Positions 22,499 to 33,942 of a stretch of 64,000 nucleotides of DNA are shown piece after piece. The stretch is taken from contig NC_088860.1 of assembly GCF_963853765.1 (NCBI RefSeq), positions 38,750,001 through 38,814,000 on the forward strand. Direction: 5' to 3'. Numbering within the stretch: position 1 is the stretch's first letter; the number at the start of each line of letters is the position of its first letter. The translations under genes and the position numbers were made by a program. The notes beneath the pieces are model-generated. The model ran no database searches. It worked only from the letters and a program-made list of their open reading frames with translations, and was not told where the DNA came from. Origin of the DNA: Magallana gigas. Lineage: Eukaryota.

Positions 22499-25400
22499 TT
22501 ACATTTCTTTATCATCATTTTCTGAGTCAGTATAGTTGTCACTGTCGCTGACTTCTTCACAGTTAGAAGGGTTATGAGGAGCTGTTATTTGGTAATGTTC
22601 ACAACTGACAGCACAACTAAGAGGTCCATAATACGGAATGTCAGTATGTCCATGATTTTCTAACCTCACCTCAAATACATTGACATTCTGAATGTCCGAC
22701 AAGCTTTCGTCCTCCTCTTTAACATTCAAGCACATACTGTCTTTGATGTTCATTTGTAGGGACTTGCCGCATAACAATGTTTCATCACTTACGTTCAAGT
22801 GAATGCTGCTTTGATTTACTTCAGTCCTAATTTTGTTTTCGTCTTCACTTTCGTCGGTATCTGAGGACGAATCTATTTCACTATTCTCTTCGTATGACAA
22901 GCTTGAATTGTCCTCACGAGTGTTTTGTATACTTTCATTTTCACTCATATTTAAACTGCAACTTCTAGTATCATCGCTTGGTACATCAAAGTTATTTTCG
23001 ACGACAATGTTGATTTGTGCATTGTCAGCCTCTTCCTTTAGTTCCTCATCCTCGTTAATTTCGTCTCTGTTGTTCTCTATAACGTCATCATCATTATTAA
23101 CGTCAGTGTCACTATCTTCTGATGATTCAAACAACATGCTATCTGTTACGCTTTGGATATCGTTTTCAAAATTAAATATTTCTACTATTTGAGCCTCATC
23201 CTCGACACATCGTACACAAGGTTTAGCATCTGATAAAGAATTCAAAAGTTTTTGCACAAACCATTCCTCACCGATTTGCAGAATTACGTGAGTACTTACA
23301 AGATTTTTAATTTCCTCGTCAAGCTCGTCGATATCTACATTTTCACTCAAAATAACAATCAAATGATTACTTTTGGACCTTAAAGATTTTTCAAAAGCAG
23401 TTCGAAAAGTGAAAACTGACCACTCGTCTAGCAGGTGGTTCTCTGACACAAAGAATAGTGTGTGAAGGCAGCTGTCAATTGCTTTGAGAATATTTTCTTC
23501 CTTTGATGCCCCTGGTATAAAATCCCGGTCGGGAAGCCATAAAGTGTAACCTATTTCATCAAGAACAGGTTTAATATCGTTAAGCATGCAGTTGATTTCT
23601 GTTTCGGAGTATGAAATAAAAACATGGCGATCGTAAACTTCTTGTCTTAATGTAATGTCACCGTACATGTTCATAACACAGTTTTGTATGTTAGGTAACT
23701 TCTTATCTTTCACATCGATATCACTGAATCCTTTATGAACAGGCATACAATAAAGAAGTTTTTGACCAAACAATCTATCGTTCCATTTTATAATATTACT
23801 ATTCTTAGCAAATCGTGCCATTTCTTTGTTGGTTGTTTTTCTAAATCGTACGTTATAAAGCACGGTTACAACATAATTATGTCGTAAGGTTTTAATTTTC
23901 TCTTGTGCTTCGTTCCATATAAGTTTTAACATCTGTCCTTCCAATAAAAATTCTGGAGACACCACCAATATAAGTCGTTTACTATTTTTTACGATGCTAG
24001 AAATATTTTCTTGAAAAGAAAACCCTGGAATGAAATCCCTCATGATTTCGCATACGACGTATTGACTTTTTTGCTTTTCAAGATATGTGACTATGTTGTC
24101 CATCACCCACTGTGTTAAACCTGGAACGTGAATAACAAGAACATCCACGGGTTCTCTGCCTTCATCATCATCCAAATCAAATGGATGGATGCCCAAATAG
24201 AGAAATGTAAGAACTTTTGCCTCAAATCTAAATACATACAACAAACAGATTCCTATCAAACTAAGCAGAACTGCAAGTGTACTTGCTGTGGTTGGGATGA
24301 TGCCATCTTTAATAGAGTCATAATCTTCAATGCAGACAAAGTCAACGTCTGGAATATTGATGAATTTTGTACCCTGTTCGCTCTCATTGTCAACATTACA
24401 AGTAACATCTGCGATATCCAAGATATATTTTGATTTCTTTATAATCCAGTGTTTCATCCAAAGTGACTTGCAATCACATTTAAATGGATTGTGTTTGATA
24501 TCGATGAAATCTATGTTCGTCTTCTGTAATTCTCGTGGTAACGTCACTAGATTATTGGAATCCAAGAAAAGATGTTTAAGATTCATTATTCGATCCAATG
24601 CTTTAGTTTTTATTTCGTGAATTTGGTTGCTCGAAAGTGAAAGATGTCGTGTACGATTTAAGTATTCAACATTTTCCAAAACAGACACGTTATTATGTTG
24701 AAACCATATATCAAGAATTCCATTTGGAAGTCGATTCGGAAGGAAGAAGTAACCACGATTCCGACAGTCAACGATGATAACCTTACTAACGTGTCGCTCA
24801 AAACAAGTGCAGTTATATGGACAATGTGGAACAATTTTTTTGCAGTAAGTATCTGATTCCTTGATATTGACAACCAGTTCATTCTTCATTTCGTCCGGCG
24901 TAGAACATTTTAATTTCTGAAAAATATATTCAGTTCCGGAAAACTCACCACGTTCTTTTGCCTGAAGGATAATCCTATTAAACTCGTTGATTCTGCAATC
25001 ACACGTGAATTTGATTCCGTCTAAAATGAATTCAAAGTACTTGACAATTAACAGAAAGATTTTTTGAACAACATTTTTTTTATTCTTCATTTGCACGATT
25101 GAACCAGACTCTTTGTAGCCTTCCAGCGGTGCCAGATAAAAATTTTCAAGTTTTGATCCAGACAGATCTATTATTCTGAGTTTCTCTGATGTTTTGAAAA
25201 ATACTTTATCTATAGTACCTGGTGAAGATGTGATTACACTCATTTGTAGAGAATACCAATTTATTCTGTACAACATTTCGTTGATATTACGTAGGTGAAT
25301 ATTTGTGTTCCGAAAACTCGCTTTTTCCAAAGTTCGAATGTAAAGTATAGATAAAGGAATGTTTTCTAGTGGATTCATATCAATGAGTATATTTTTCAAC

Positions 25401-26656
25401 TTTAAAGAGGCGGCAATAAACAAATTGTCTGGCAGGTGCTTTATTTCGTTAGATCTTAAATTTATTTCTTCTAAATTAGGTAATCCTCCAAACGCATTTT
25501 CTTCGACAGTTTTGATTTTATTATATGATAAATCCAAGTACTTTAAATTCTTGGTATCCGAAAATACCTCCTTAGAAATTTCTTTTAGGTTATTAGAACT
25601 CAAATCCAAATGTTGCAAATTCTGCAGCAGTTTGAATAAATTCCTTGAAATGGTATTCAGTGAATTATTTCTCAGGTTTAAACGTTCCAACTCCATAAGG
25701 CCAGTGAAAGTAGTTTCATTAATATGTCGAAGTCCATTACAAGACAAATCCAATATTAGCAAGTTTCCGTTAAATGCAAAATTTCTTAAATCGCGTATGT
25801 TATTATTTTTTAGCGTTAGTGAAGGTGTAAATTTCTTGTCAAATACAGTATTTTCCCGATTGGCACTTTTTAAATCTTTTGAAATGTTTTCTTTTGAATA
25901 TTCATTTTCTTCATTCCATGGAAACCTTGGTGGCATTGTTATGTTTGAATACGAAATTTCCAACCTCTGCAAATTTGGGAACTTTTTTTCAAGAACGGAT
26001 ATTGTTCGTAGATCCATTGGAATACCTTGCATTAATAGCGTTTTAACTGAAGTATATGAATGGGGACAACTGACTAGAAACGTGAGATTATGTTGTACAT
26101 AATTTGATGTTGATCCTTCCAGGGAAAATAAGTTTACAGATGACAACACGCCACACATATCTTTGTTCGAATGAATGCTATCACAGGGATTTTTTTGAAC
26201 GGATATTGTTGTATCCTTTAATGCTAAAGAGCTAATTTTGCCGAAGTTCTTCTTCAACACAAAATAGGAATCCAAAGTGAAACGACATGTTGAAATTTTT
26301 ATGGTCGAAAAAGTAACGTTGTTCGGAAGTATTTCATCAGAATAAAACTGCAGCCATACAGCCGATAAACATTCAAAGGAAATCAATCCATAGTCAGTAT
26401 TTACGTTCAAAAGACCAAACAATGACGTTGTGTTAATGGAACAATTGTAATTATTTTCAATAACTACTTTTTTCTCAATGTTGTTGGTTGGTGATTGGTC
26501 GCTTGTAGAGAACCCCGAAGTCCTTTCTCCATCTACGTTTATTTTACACTCCGGAAAAGAACATATGTTGCTGCCATTGACCAATAATCCACCATTAGAG
26601 ATAACGATCGTTGATGCCATGACGATGTAAAAAACATTAACATTTAAGATGTTCAT
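22499..26656 (-). CDS. TLR-B: multiple-cysteine-cluster Toll-like receptor with twin TIR domains and a long acidic tail, about 1385 aa
   Basis: The ORF track starts at a TTG (26728); the first in-frame ATG is 26656 (AAAATGA), followed by a signal-like segment. LRRs, LRRCT (FTCDC), LRRNT (CPYNCTC), LRRCT (NPFKCDC), TM at about 24230-24305 (IIPTTASTLAVLLSLIGICLLYVF), TIR1 (DVLVIH...RDFIPG, about 23740-24145), TIR2 (HVFISY...LPDRDFIPG...EWSVFTF, about 23232-23626), D/E/S-rich tail. Confidence 0.93.
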   Translation of the reverse strand: MNILNVNVFYIVMASTIVISNGGLLVNGSNICSFPECKINVDGERTSGFSTSDQSPTNNIEKKVVIENNYNCSINTTSLFGLLNVNTDYGLISFECLSAVWLQFYSDEILPNNVTFSTIKISTCRFTLDSYFVLKKNFGKISSLALKDTTISVQKNPCDSIHSNKDMCGVLSSVNLFSLEGSTSNYVQHNLTFLVSCPHSYTSVKTLLMQGIPMDLRTISVLEKKFPNLQRLEISYSNITMPPRFPWNEENEYSKENISKDLKSANRENTVFDKKFTPSLTLKNNNIRDLRNFAFNGNLLILDLSCNGLRHINETTFTGLMELERLNLRNNSLNTISRNLFKLLQNLQHLDLSSNNLKEISKEVFSDTKNLKYLDLSYNKIKTVEENAFGGLPNLEEINLRSNEIKHLPDNLFIAASLKLKNILIDMNPLENIPLSILYIRTLEKASFRNTNIHLRNINEMLYRINWYSLQMSVITSSPGTIDKVFFKTSEKLRIIDLSGSKLENFYLAPLEGYKESGSIVQMKNKKNVVQKIFLLIVKYFEFILDGIKFTCDCRINEFNRIILQAKERGEFSGTEYIFQKLKCSTPDEMKNELVVNIKESDTYCKKIVPHCPYNCTCFERHVSKVIIVDCRNRGYFFLPNRLPNGILDIWFQHNNVSVLENVEYLNRTRHLSLSSNQIHEIKTKALDRIMNLKHLFLDSNNLVTLPRELQKTNIDFIDIKHNPFKCDCKSLWMKHWIIKKSKYILDIADVTCNVDNESEQGTKFINIPDVDFVCIEDYDSIKDGIIPTTASTLAVLLSLIGICLLYVFRFEAKVLTFLYLGIHPFDLDDDEGREPVDVLVIHVPGLTQWVMDNIVTYLEKQKSQYVVCEIMRDFIPGFSFQENISSIVKNSKRLILVVSPEFLLEGQMLKLIWNEAQEKIKTLRHNYVVTVLYNVRFRKTTNKEMARFAKNSNIIKWNDRLFGQKLLYCMPVHKGFSDIDVKDKKLPNIQNCVMNMYGDITLRQEVYDRHVFISYSETEINCMLNDIKPVLDEIGYTLWLPDRDFIPGASKEENILKAIDSCLHTLFFVSENHLLDEWSVFTFRTAFEKSLRSKSNHLIVILSENVDIDELDEEIKNLVSTHVILQIGEEWFVQKLLNSLSDAKPCVRCVEDEAQIVEIFNFENDIQSVTDSMLFESSEDSDTDVNNDDDVIENNRDEINEDEELKEEADNAQINIVVENNFDVPSDDTRSCSLNMSENESIQNTREDNSSLSYEENSEIDSSSDTDESEDENKIRTEVNQSSIHLNVSDETLLCGKSLQMNIKDSMCLNVKEEDESLSDIQNVNVFEVRLENHGHTDIPYYGPLSCAVSCEHYQITAPHNPSNCEEVSDSDNYTDSENDDKEM

Positions 26657-27700
26657 TTTCACAACTGTACACAATATTAACTTGGCATGGAATTTATGCA
26701 AAACAAAATCCAGGATGTATATATCCAACAGAATTTTCTTCAGTATTTCATTTTAATATGCATAATTTATTTCGGCACTTTTGCAATAACTTTCTCACTC
26801 CTTCCAAAATTTCCCCGTCTCAATCTATATAAAATAAAACATTTAAACATAAATTAATTGTAAAACATTTCATTAAAACACGTCACCTTCTTCCCCATTT
26901 TTCTTTCGAAATGGAAAGGAAGAAGTTATTCCCTTCGCAATAAATCCACAGTATTTTAAGACGATGAAATTGTTATGCAGAATGGAAATTACAAATGGCA
27001 AATTTGCATAAGAGGACCTCGTAAAATCTTAATTAAGAACAGTGTTTGATCGCTTAGCTTTAGAAATGCACTCAAATGCTGAGTGTTGGATGTATTACTA
27101 ACTAAAAGTACAATAGCCAGCCAGAACTATAATGCATCGCCTGATCACTTGCTTTTTATTAATATGCAAGTTATTTTAATGGCAAATTCTTAGTTTTATT
27201 TATGGTGCGTAATTTTCTATTTATTGCTTTGTAATGCAAGTTTCAGGTAAATTTCGATGGGTCGAAAATATTTTTTTAAAAATTGATCGAAGCATTTCGT
27301 ATAAATCAACGATTAGTCAAAAATAAATGTAAAATTGCTTTTAAAATTTTTGTATTATAATTCTTTTAGGGGCGTAGTAACCATTTTTTATTTTCTATGT
27401 TTTAATCTCAGAACTGTTTTTTCCGAGTTGTATAAAATGTATAAAGACTGTAAAAGATACAGAACTCAGAAAATATTTTTCATGCAAACAAACATCCAAG
27501 CATCGTGCCATGGTGCTTTTGATTGTATTTTAAATACCAATTGGTTAAAGGTTCTTCTTGCTAATTCGATATGAATACAGATAAATAGTATTTAGTGTTT
27601 TTCATTTTCAAATATGTTTGATATCTTAAAATTCTTTTTAGCATTAGAAATGTAAATATAACTATATACAATACAAAAATATATCATGAAGTTATGCAAA

Positions 27701-28050
27701 TTAAGGTACTTCACTACACCTAGACTTATACTTTTAAGACACTACGTCACAAGATGTCGATTTATATGTTTTGTTAAATTGTTTATATCGTTGGATTGGG
27801 TTGTATATCGTCGTAGCTCAGTGGTTAAAGTATCTGGCTTCTAAACTGCAGATCATGAGTTCGATTCCGCCTGGAGCTTTGTTGATGTTTACTGACTAAG
27901 ATTTTTGAAAATGTAATTTTTTTTTATCCATAACTGCACATTCTTTTGCCTATTAGACTTGAATACTTCTTATCCATTATGATATCCATCATAATCAAGT
28001 CATTTTTTGCTGATTCGAGAAAATATTTCACGGTGTAGTGAGTCACCTAA
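27701..28050. mobile_element. TTAA-type MITE containing a tRNA-like cassette
   Basis: TIRs TTAA-GGTACTTCACTACACC (27701-27720) and GGTGTAGTGAGTCACC-TAA (28032-28050), 13/16 identical. Confidence 0.65.
27808..27877 (+). pseudogene. Degenerate tRNA-like sequence (Arg-TCT-like loop) with Pol III A and B boxes
   Basis: A-box TAGCTCAGTGG 27814-27824, loop CT-TCT-AA, B-box GTTCGATTC 27859-27867. The acceptor and anticodon stems pair poorly, so this is not a functional tRNA. Confidence 0.6.
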
Positions 28051-29178
28051 GGCTAATAGCATTTTCTTGGTTTTAATGGTACTATATATGCTTTCATTAA
28101 ATTAAACATTAAGTGCTGAAATTTGAAGATACAATATGTATAGGTCAAAAGTTGATTAGATAAATTATCTTACCTTATTATCCTTTAAATGATCAAACAC
28201 GATTTTATGTTGAAAGCAAACATAATGTACGGATAAACTAACTTTATTTTTTATCTAAACCATATCGATCCTTACCCCTTAAAAATTATTTCTTGGATTA
28301 AGATAAATGTTTTACTTTTTGGGAGTTTGAGATATGTAATATTCACACATCAAAGTTGAAAAATTGTGCGAATTTCGTTCCGCAAAAAAAATTTTTTTTT
28401 CTAAACTTAATAATGATCAATATGTTTCTTTTCCTCCCTTATTTATTGTGTACCTTTTAAATTCAACGTTGGTGGTTTTTGTGGCTTTAATCCGATATAT
28501 CACAAAAGAAAGACGTTTTTGATTGTGAAACAAATATTGTTTCTTCACAATCAGTACTTCATAGTTAAAACTTGTTCTTGTTTATAAACTCAAACTGCCA
28601 GAAACATTGGACATTGTTAATGTTTGTTATTTTGTTTTTATTTTTTAACCTTGTTAAGTGTTTTTTGTTTATTGTTTTTTTTTCACAAATTATAGACTAA
28701 CAGATAAACATCATGTTTTATTTTTAAAAAAGCAATTATACTTAAATTTAGGCGTCATTTATTTTTTTATCCACTTTAACATACACAGGAGAAAATCTAA
28801 TATTTACATTTCTTTTTTATGTTAAACTCATTTATAATGATCAATTGGGCCTCACTGGAATTTGCCAATCCCTATATCAAATAGTTGCAAGCGTTTCTTG
28901 CACTTTTAAAATTCGACAAGTACTTCTCATGTTTAGGAACATCTCGTTAGATTCGTTCTACCCATGGAAAAGGGACCTTGTGTGGTGTAATGCATTTTTC
29001 ACTCCCCAAAATTTAATATCTTTGAAGATCTTTAAAAATAAGGTTGCAGATAGTTTAAATCATATTGAAAATAAGTGTATAAAAAGTCATTACCACAGTG
29101 ACGTCATAATGTAGAAATGATGTCGTGCAAATTGTCTCATTTTAATAAAGTGATGTCTTGTAATAAAATATGGGTGTT

Positions 29179-29680
29179 TTCCGATGGTTTTCCGATGGTT
29201 TCTCGAATGGGAAACATCGAGCTCAGGGTTGCTCAAATACCATTTTTAGTAAGATGTGTATAATTATAGGAAGAAAAACGTACGTTAAAATCGTACTTGA
29301 GCAGACATACGCTCTAAACTTCTGAATGCTATATATAAAGAAAAAATGACAATTTTTTCATTTTATGTTGTTGCAAAATTGCGGGAATGGGGAGCTTAGA
29401 TGACGTCATAGATAAACAAGGAATGAGTAATATTGAATTCCGATGGTTTTTCGAATGGGAAACATCGAGCTCAGGGTTGCTCAAGTACCATTTTTAGTAT
29501 GATGTGTATAATTATAGGAAGAAAAACGTACGTTAAAATCGTACTTGAGCAGACCTACACTCTAAACTTCTGACTGCTATATATAAAGAAAAAAATGACA
29601 ATTTTTTCATTTTATGTTGTTGCAAAATTGCGGGAATGGGGAGCTTAGATGACGTCATAGATAAACAAGAAATGAGTAAT
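29179..29680 (+). repeat. Near-identical tandem duplication, period about 248 bp
   Basis: GAAACATCGAGCTCAGGGTTGCTCAA at 29211 and 29459; each unit carries TGACGTCA near its end. Confidence 0.9.
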
Positions 29681-32600
29681 AATGACTAAAATTAACAAAA
29701 TAGTGATAGGCATCATAGGTACAGTGATTTATGGAGATTTTATTTTTATACAACACTATCAATTTAAAAACTGGTTAAATTTGGGAAAGGATAATAGACC
29801 ATACTTAATATAACGTTAGTCCTTTTTTTTAAAAAATCAAATCAAAATTTCCCTACAATGTATGTATGTACATTGGGTTTGTACGAAACATTTTCTGTAC
29901 TTTACTTTTATTGTTGATCTCCGATAAACGTTATCACTACTCGTGGATTACTTGAAATTAAAACAAATAAACCAGTATTGTATAGATAAATCTGTTTCTA
30001 ATCATGTTACCAGTGCAAGCCCTTTCATAGCAAAGTAATTTTTAGTTGCTTTTGTTTTGGATAAAATTTAGGTCTAGTTTTCTTTTGGAAATTCGTTGTT
30101 TTTTAGGATTAGAATGTATTTTACCAGATATATATTGTATCATTAAACAGGGAATTCCGTATTTGACAGTTACTTATAACACACATATTCAGAACCACAT
30201 TGTTGTTATTTAAATAAAGTATGCATCATGCTTTAATCGTGTAGTTATATTTCCTTTCTCGCAATCATGAATATTTTTTTATCAGAACAAAACCCAGCAT
30301 TAGTTTTAGCAGAATTTTTTTGGTTCGAAAAGTTAGAAAGCCAGGTGTGAAAAGGGGCAAGAAGGCGAGTTTTAGAAGAAAAAAAACCAGGAGAACCATT
30401 TTAAGAAACATGTACTAAATACTGCAATTGGACGAAAACCATAAGGTTGATAGATGAGGTATCATTTGTGGCAGAGAGGATGATTAGGTCCTTATACATA
30501 GATTGTTATAATTCATGTTTTACAATATTTTAAAATGAACGTACTCTCATGATCACTCTCACTATATTTTGTAATAGTATATAAGAATTGTTAAGGTTTT
30601 TTAAAGGAAATATTATACCATTATAAGGATGTCATTCAACGTCTTCTTATTTATTGATAATTAATACTTAAGACAAAAAAAACATCTGCTCCCCATTATT
30701 ATGCTTTTCTAATCAACCCGTTCTTAAAGGCAAAAAATGAAAACATATTCCCATGAAAAGTTAAAATTACGATCATTTTGGCAAAAAGAAAACATTTATT
30801 TTGTTTAGTACGCCTTTAAATCTTACAAACATGTTATAAATCTATCAGCCAAGTATCAAAGTGTTAAATTCTGTAATCTTTCGATAAAACTTGAGAACGT
30901 AAAAAAAGAGATAAAGCATCATGACCTAATATTTTTATAAAATGCCACTACAACTTTTAAGTAAGGCAGATGATTAATTTGAATTTTTTTTCTCCCAAAG
31001 AGTCGGGGGGAAATAATAGCACACACCTTAATCGTACCAAGCCTTATGTAAACAAGTCGTAAAAATGATCGTGTGTACTAACAAACATTAATTGTGCACT
31101 TGCAAACAGTTTCAATCAACGACGTTTATAGATGACATATCAGAAACCTAGCATGGCGATTAATGACAAAGTGCAGCATTTTCTGTAAATTTAGATTATT
31201 TTTTCATGCATGAGCTGAAAGATATTGAGAGAGAAAATTTGATGTAAAACAACTTACCTATTAGTCTCAAAAGGAGGAAAAGGGTTTTGCAGACTTTCTG
31301 TTGTAGTTGAAACTGTGGTGGTTGTAAGTCTGTGGTATTTTGCCATAATTAATTTATGAAGTAGTAGTAGAAAAAAAGGTCATCTTGTCAATCCACTAAA
31401 CGGAAGCGAGACGAGACTCCACGAGATTAGGCGAGATTTGTTGTTTATATATTAACTTATTTAGAGAAAATGGAACTATCTTGAACTTGTAATGATTCAA
31501 AGATACATCAAACCAAATCAAATGAGGAAGTCAAAGTCTCTCAGCGTAAAACAACAAGAAACGTCAGAAAGAAAATGGGATTGCTTAATGGCGTGAGCAA
31601 AATGCCCCTAGGGGAGGTTTATAATGCATGTTATATCTGAAGTCATTAATAAATCTTGTTTCTGCTTAGTGTGCCAAGAAAAATCATATCCCTGCACTTT
31701 CTTGTTTTTTCTTAATGTTTGACTACTGAGAAGTTTTATCTAAAATCACTTGTTTCTTTCTTTATATTCAGAATTAAATATCAATTATCCATGAGTAATT
31801 GTAATACAAAAACCCATAACAAATGATAAAATATTCTTAAATTGGTATTTGTGTCCGTACTTTAATTAAAAAATTACTATACATCCGGAATAATTTATGA
31901 CTTGAAAAAAAATCATCCTAACTTATTCGTTAAATTGACGTTCACAATTATGAATTACTCGTTTATTTCCCGGATATGATTATTTTTATTATTTGTAGAA
32001 AAATAAAAGACATAGTTATTGATTCATTAGATGTGATTGTAAGTGTCAAAAGTTGATATAAAACATCCACCTTTGTCCGGTAACGAAAAGTAAAAACATT
32101 TTCAGCATTCCTGAGATGACAGTCATTAACCTAATTTGATACCATGTTCACTATCATTTTGATTATTCAATTAAAGACATATACACCTTATCCATGTATT
32201 TATATTTTATGGAAAATAATACCGATCAAAATAGTTTAGGCTTATTGACACAATTGTAAATATGTATAAACGAAATAAACAAAACTTTACATATACACAT
32301 AAGTCCAGTAAAAAGTAATATCGACAGGGTGAACCCATAAAAGTTCAAAATTTCAGCAATTTAGATACATAGGTTAGTCATTTGATAGAACAGAGGTATT
32401 TTTAAACGATGCTCAAATAATTATATCAGTAATCAATTAACCAACAATTAATTTTGACGTATACATCTTCCGTGGAATGTCGTCAAGCCAATCAAACTTT
32501 TGTTTCCCCCTGTATTGATGAATTATTCCTCCAAATTTTTCCTCATTTCAATCGTCAATAAACATGACAGCAGTCATTTTTGTAACCCATTACTGAGGAA

Positions 32601-33942
32601 AACATGAACGGTATACGGTTTTTACATCAAAGAATAATCGTTAGTGCCTTAAGTAGTTCCCAATGTTCGAACAGGACACACCAAATGTCAAATGACACGT
32701 GTATCCTTGTTTGTACGAATGTAATTCTTGTTCGTAATAATGTAACAATAGATGAAACAATTTTGTCAGAATATAACACCTAAGTCTTTGTAGAGTGTAG
32801 TGTACCATAAAGTTCATTTTCTGTTATAAATTATTCATACAGGATCTTTTTATTTTTCTTTTATTAACAGGCAGGCATTATTTGAAAAATATAACTAGCT
32901 CTGACATTTCAAAATTGCAATCGCAACAGCTCATTTAAACACTAGCTGTTATTTAAAAAATTGAAAAATATCACTATAAATTATTTTATTAAAGTATATC
33001 AGTTAAATATTCAAAATGTTCTATCCCATACTACAATATAACAAGCTTTTGCATTGTTTTAGCTATGGTATGTTTCCTTTTTTGGTTTTTTTTTCTTGGT
33101 TTTTTTTTTTTGAAAACAGCCAGTACTTTAAATATCATTATCGCTGCAAATAGTTTACAAAGTTTATAAAATTGATTTAAGCATTTCATATATAACTGCT
33201 GTTACAAAACCCTAATTTACAATAATAGCTTGGGCATTTTAATGAGATTTATTCGAATAAAAAAAAAGAGAAGATCTTTTTTTCATTAAAATATGACAAA
33301 CTTCAGAATTCTTTTTGTAATACTTTTAAAAATTAGATGATCTCATCGTTTAAGTACCTCTAAAACACATACACAGACAACTGAGAATATCTTTTAAATT
33401 ATAAATGTGTCTCTTACGCTATTCTGATCTTGTTAAAATAAATCATTTACAACAGATATGAGTAGTGGTCTAAAACATAAAACATATATTCAAAGCTTTG
33501 CTTTGCATTTTTAGGCACGAAACACACAAGAGTAGAGACAAATGTTTAGAAAAAATTAGCTTTTGACGCATTGTCAAGCAATTTTAAGCTATTATATCTT
33601 TTTTGGAGAGTCAGCTGTATTATATTTATGCATGGTATCAAGAATTAAGAAATGATGTATATGCACTTGGTTTTTATTCCGAGATTTTTAATAAATATCT
33701 CTCCCCTTAAAAACGTTGATATTACAATGAAGAATACACCTAGGTGTGTACTTTTAAAATAAGAAACACAGGGCGCAGCACATTATATGTTTTCTCGTCA
33801 TAAACTTAAAACTCTTTGTCAAATGTTGAAATGGTTTCTTTTTGGTTACCTTTTTTTATAATAGAATTTATTTGGCAGGCTCCACTAAAACCGGGCCTTT
33901 GAAACCGTAAGCAACTGTTTCGAAACAGTGGAAGAAATCTGC

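Larger units (their letters stand above)
26825..31257 (-). other. Putative leader intron of TLR-B
   Basis: Acceptor GTTTTATTTTATATAG| at 26825 (168 nt upstream of the ATG), donor TAG|GTAAGT at 31258/31257, TATATAAA at 31444-31451. An alternative donor AAG|GTAAGTA lies at 35433. Confidence 0.4.

Noticed and set aside
25359-26102. 247-aa plus-strand ORF and other plus-strand ORFs overlapping the TLR CDSs (e.g. 22833-23192, 37110-37460, 7735-8001)
   Set aside because: Antisense shadows of LRR and acidic coding sequence with low-complexity F/S/L composition and no independent signal.
26657-26728. ORF-track N-terminal extension of TLR-B (MDIYILDF...)
   Set aside because: It starts at TTG, not ATG. 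The first ATG (26656) has good context and precedes the signal-like segment.
27808-27877. Functional tRNA-Arg(TCT) gene
   Set aside because: The acceptor and anticodon stems do not pair properly, and it sits inside a MITE.
30150-30158. GGGAATTCC NF-kB-like site in the B intron and a perfect GAS site TTCCGGGAA at 1167-1175
   Set aside because: Single short motifs without clustering or positional conservation; expected by chance.
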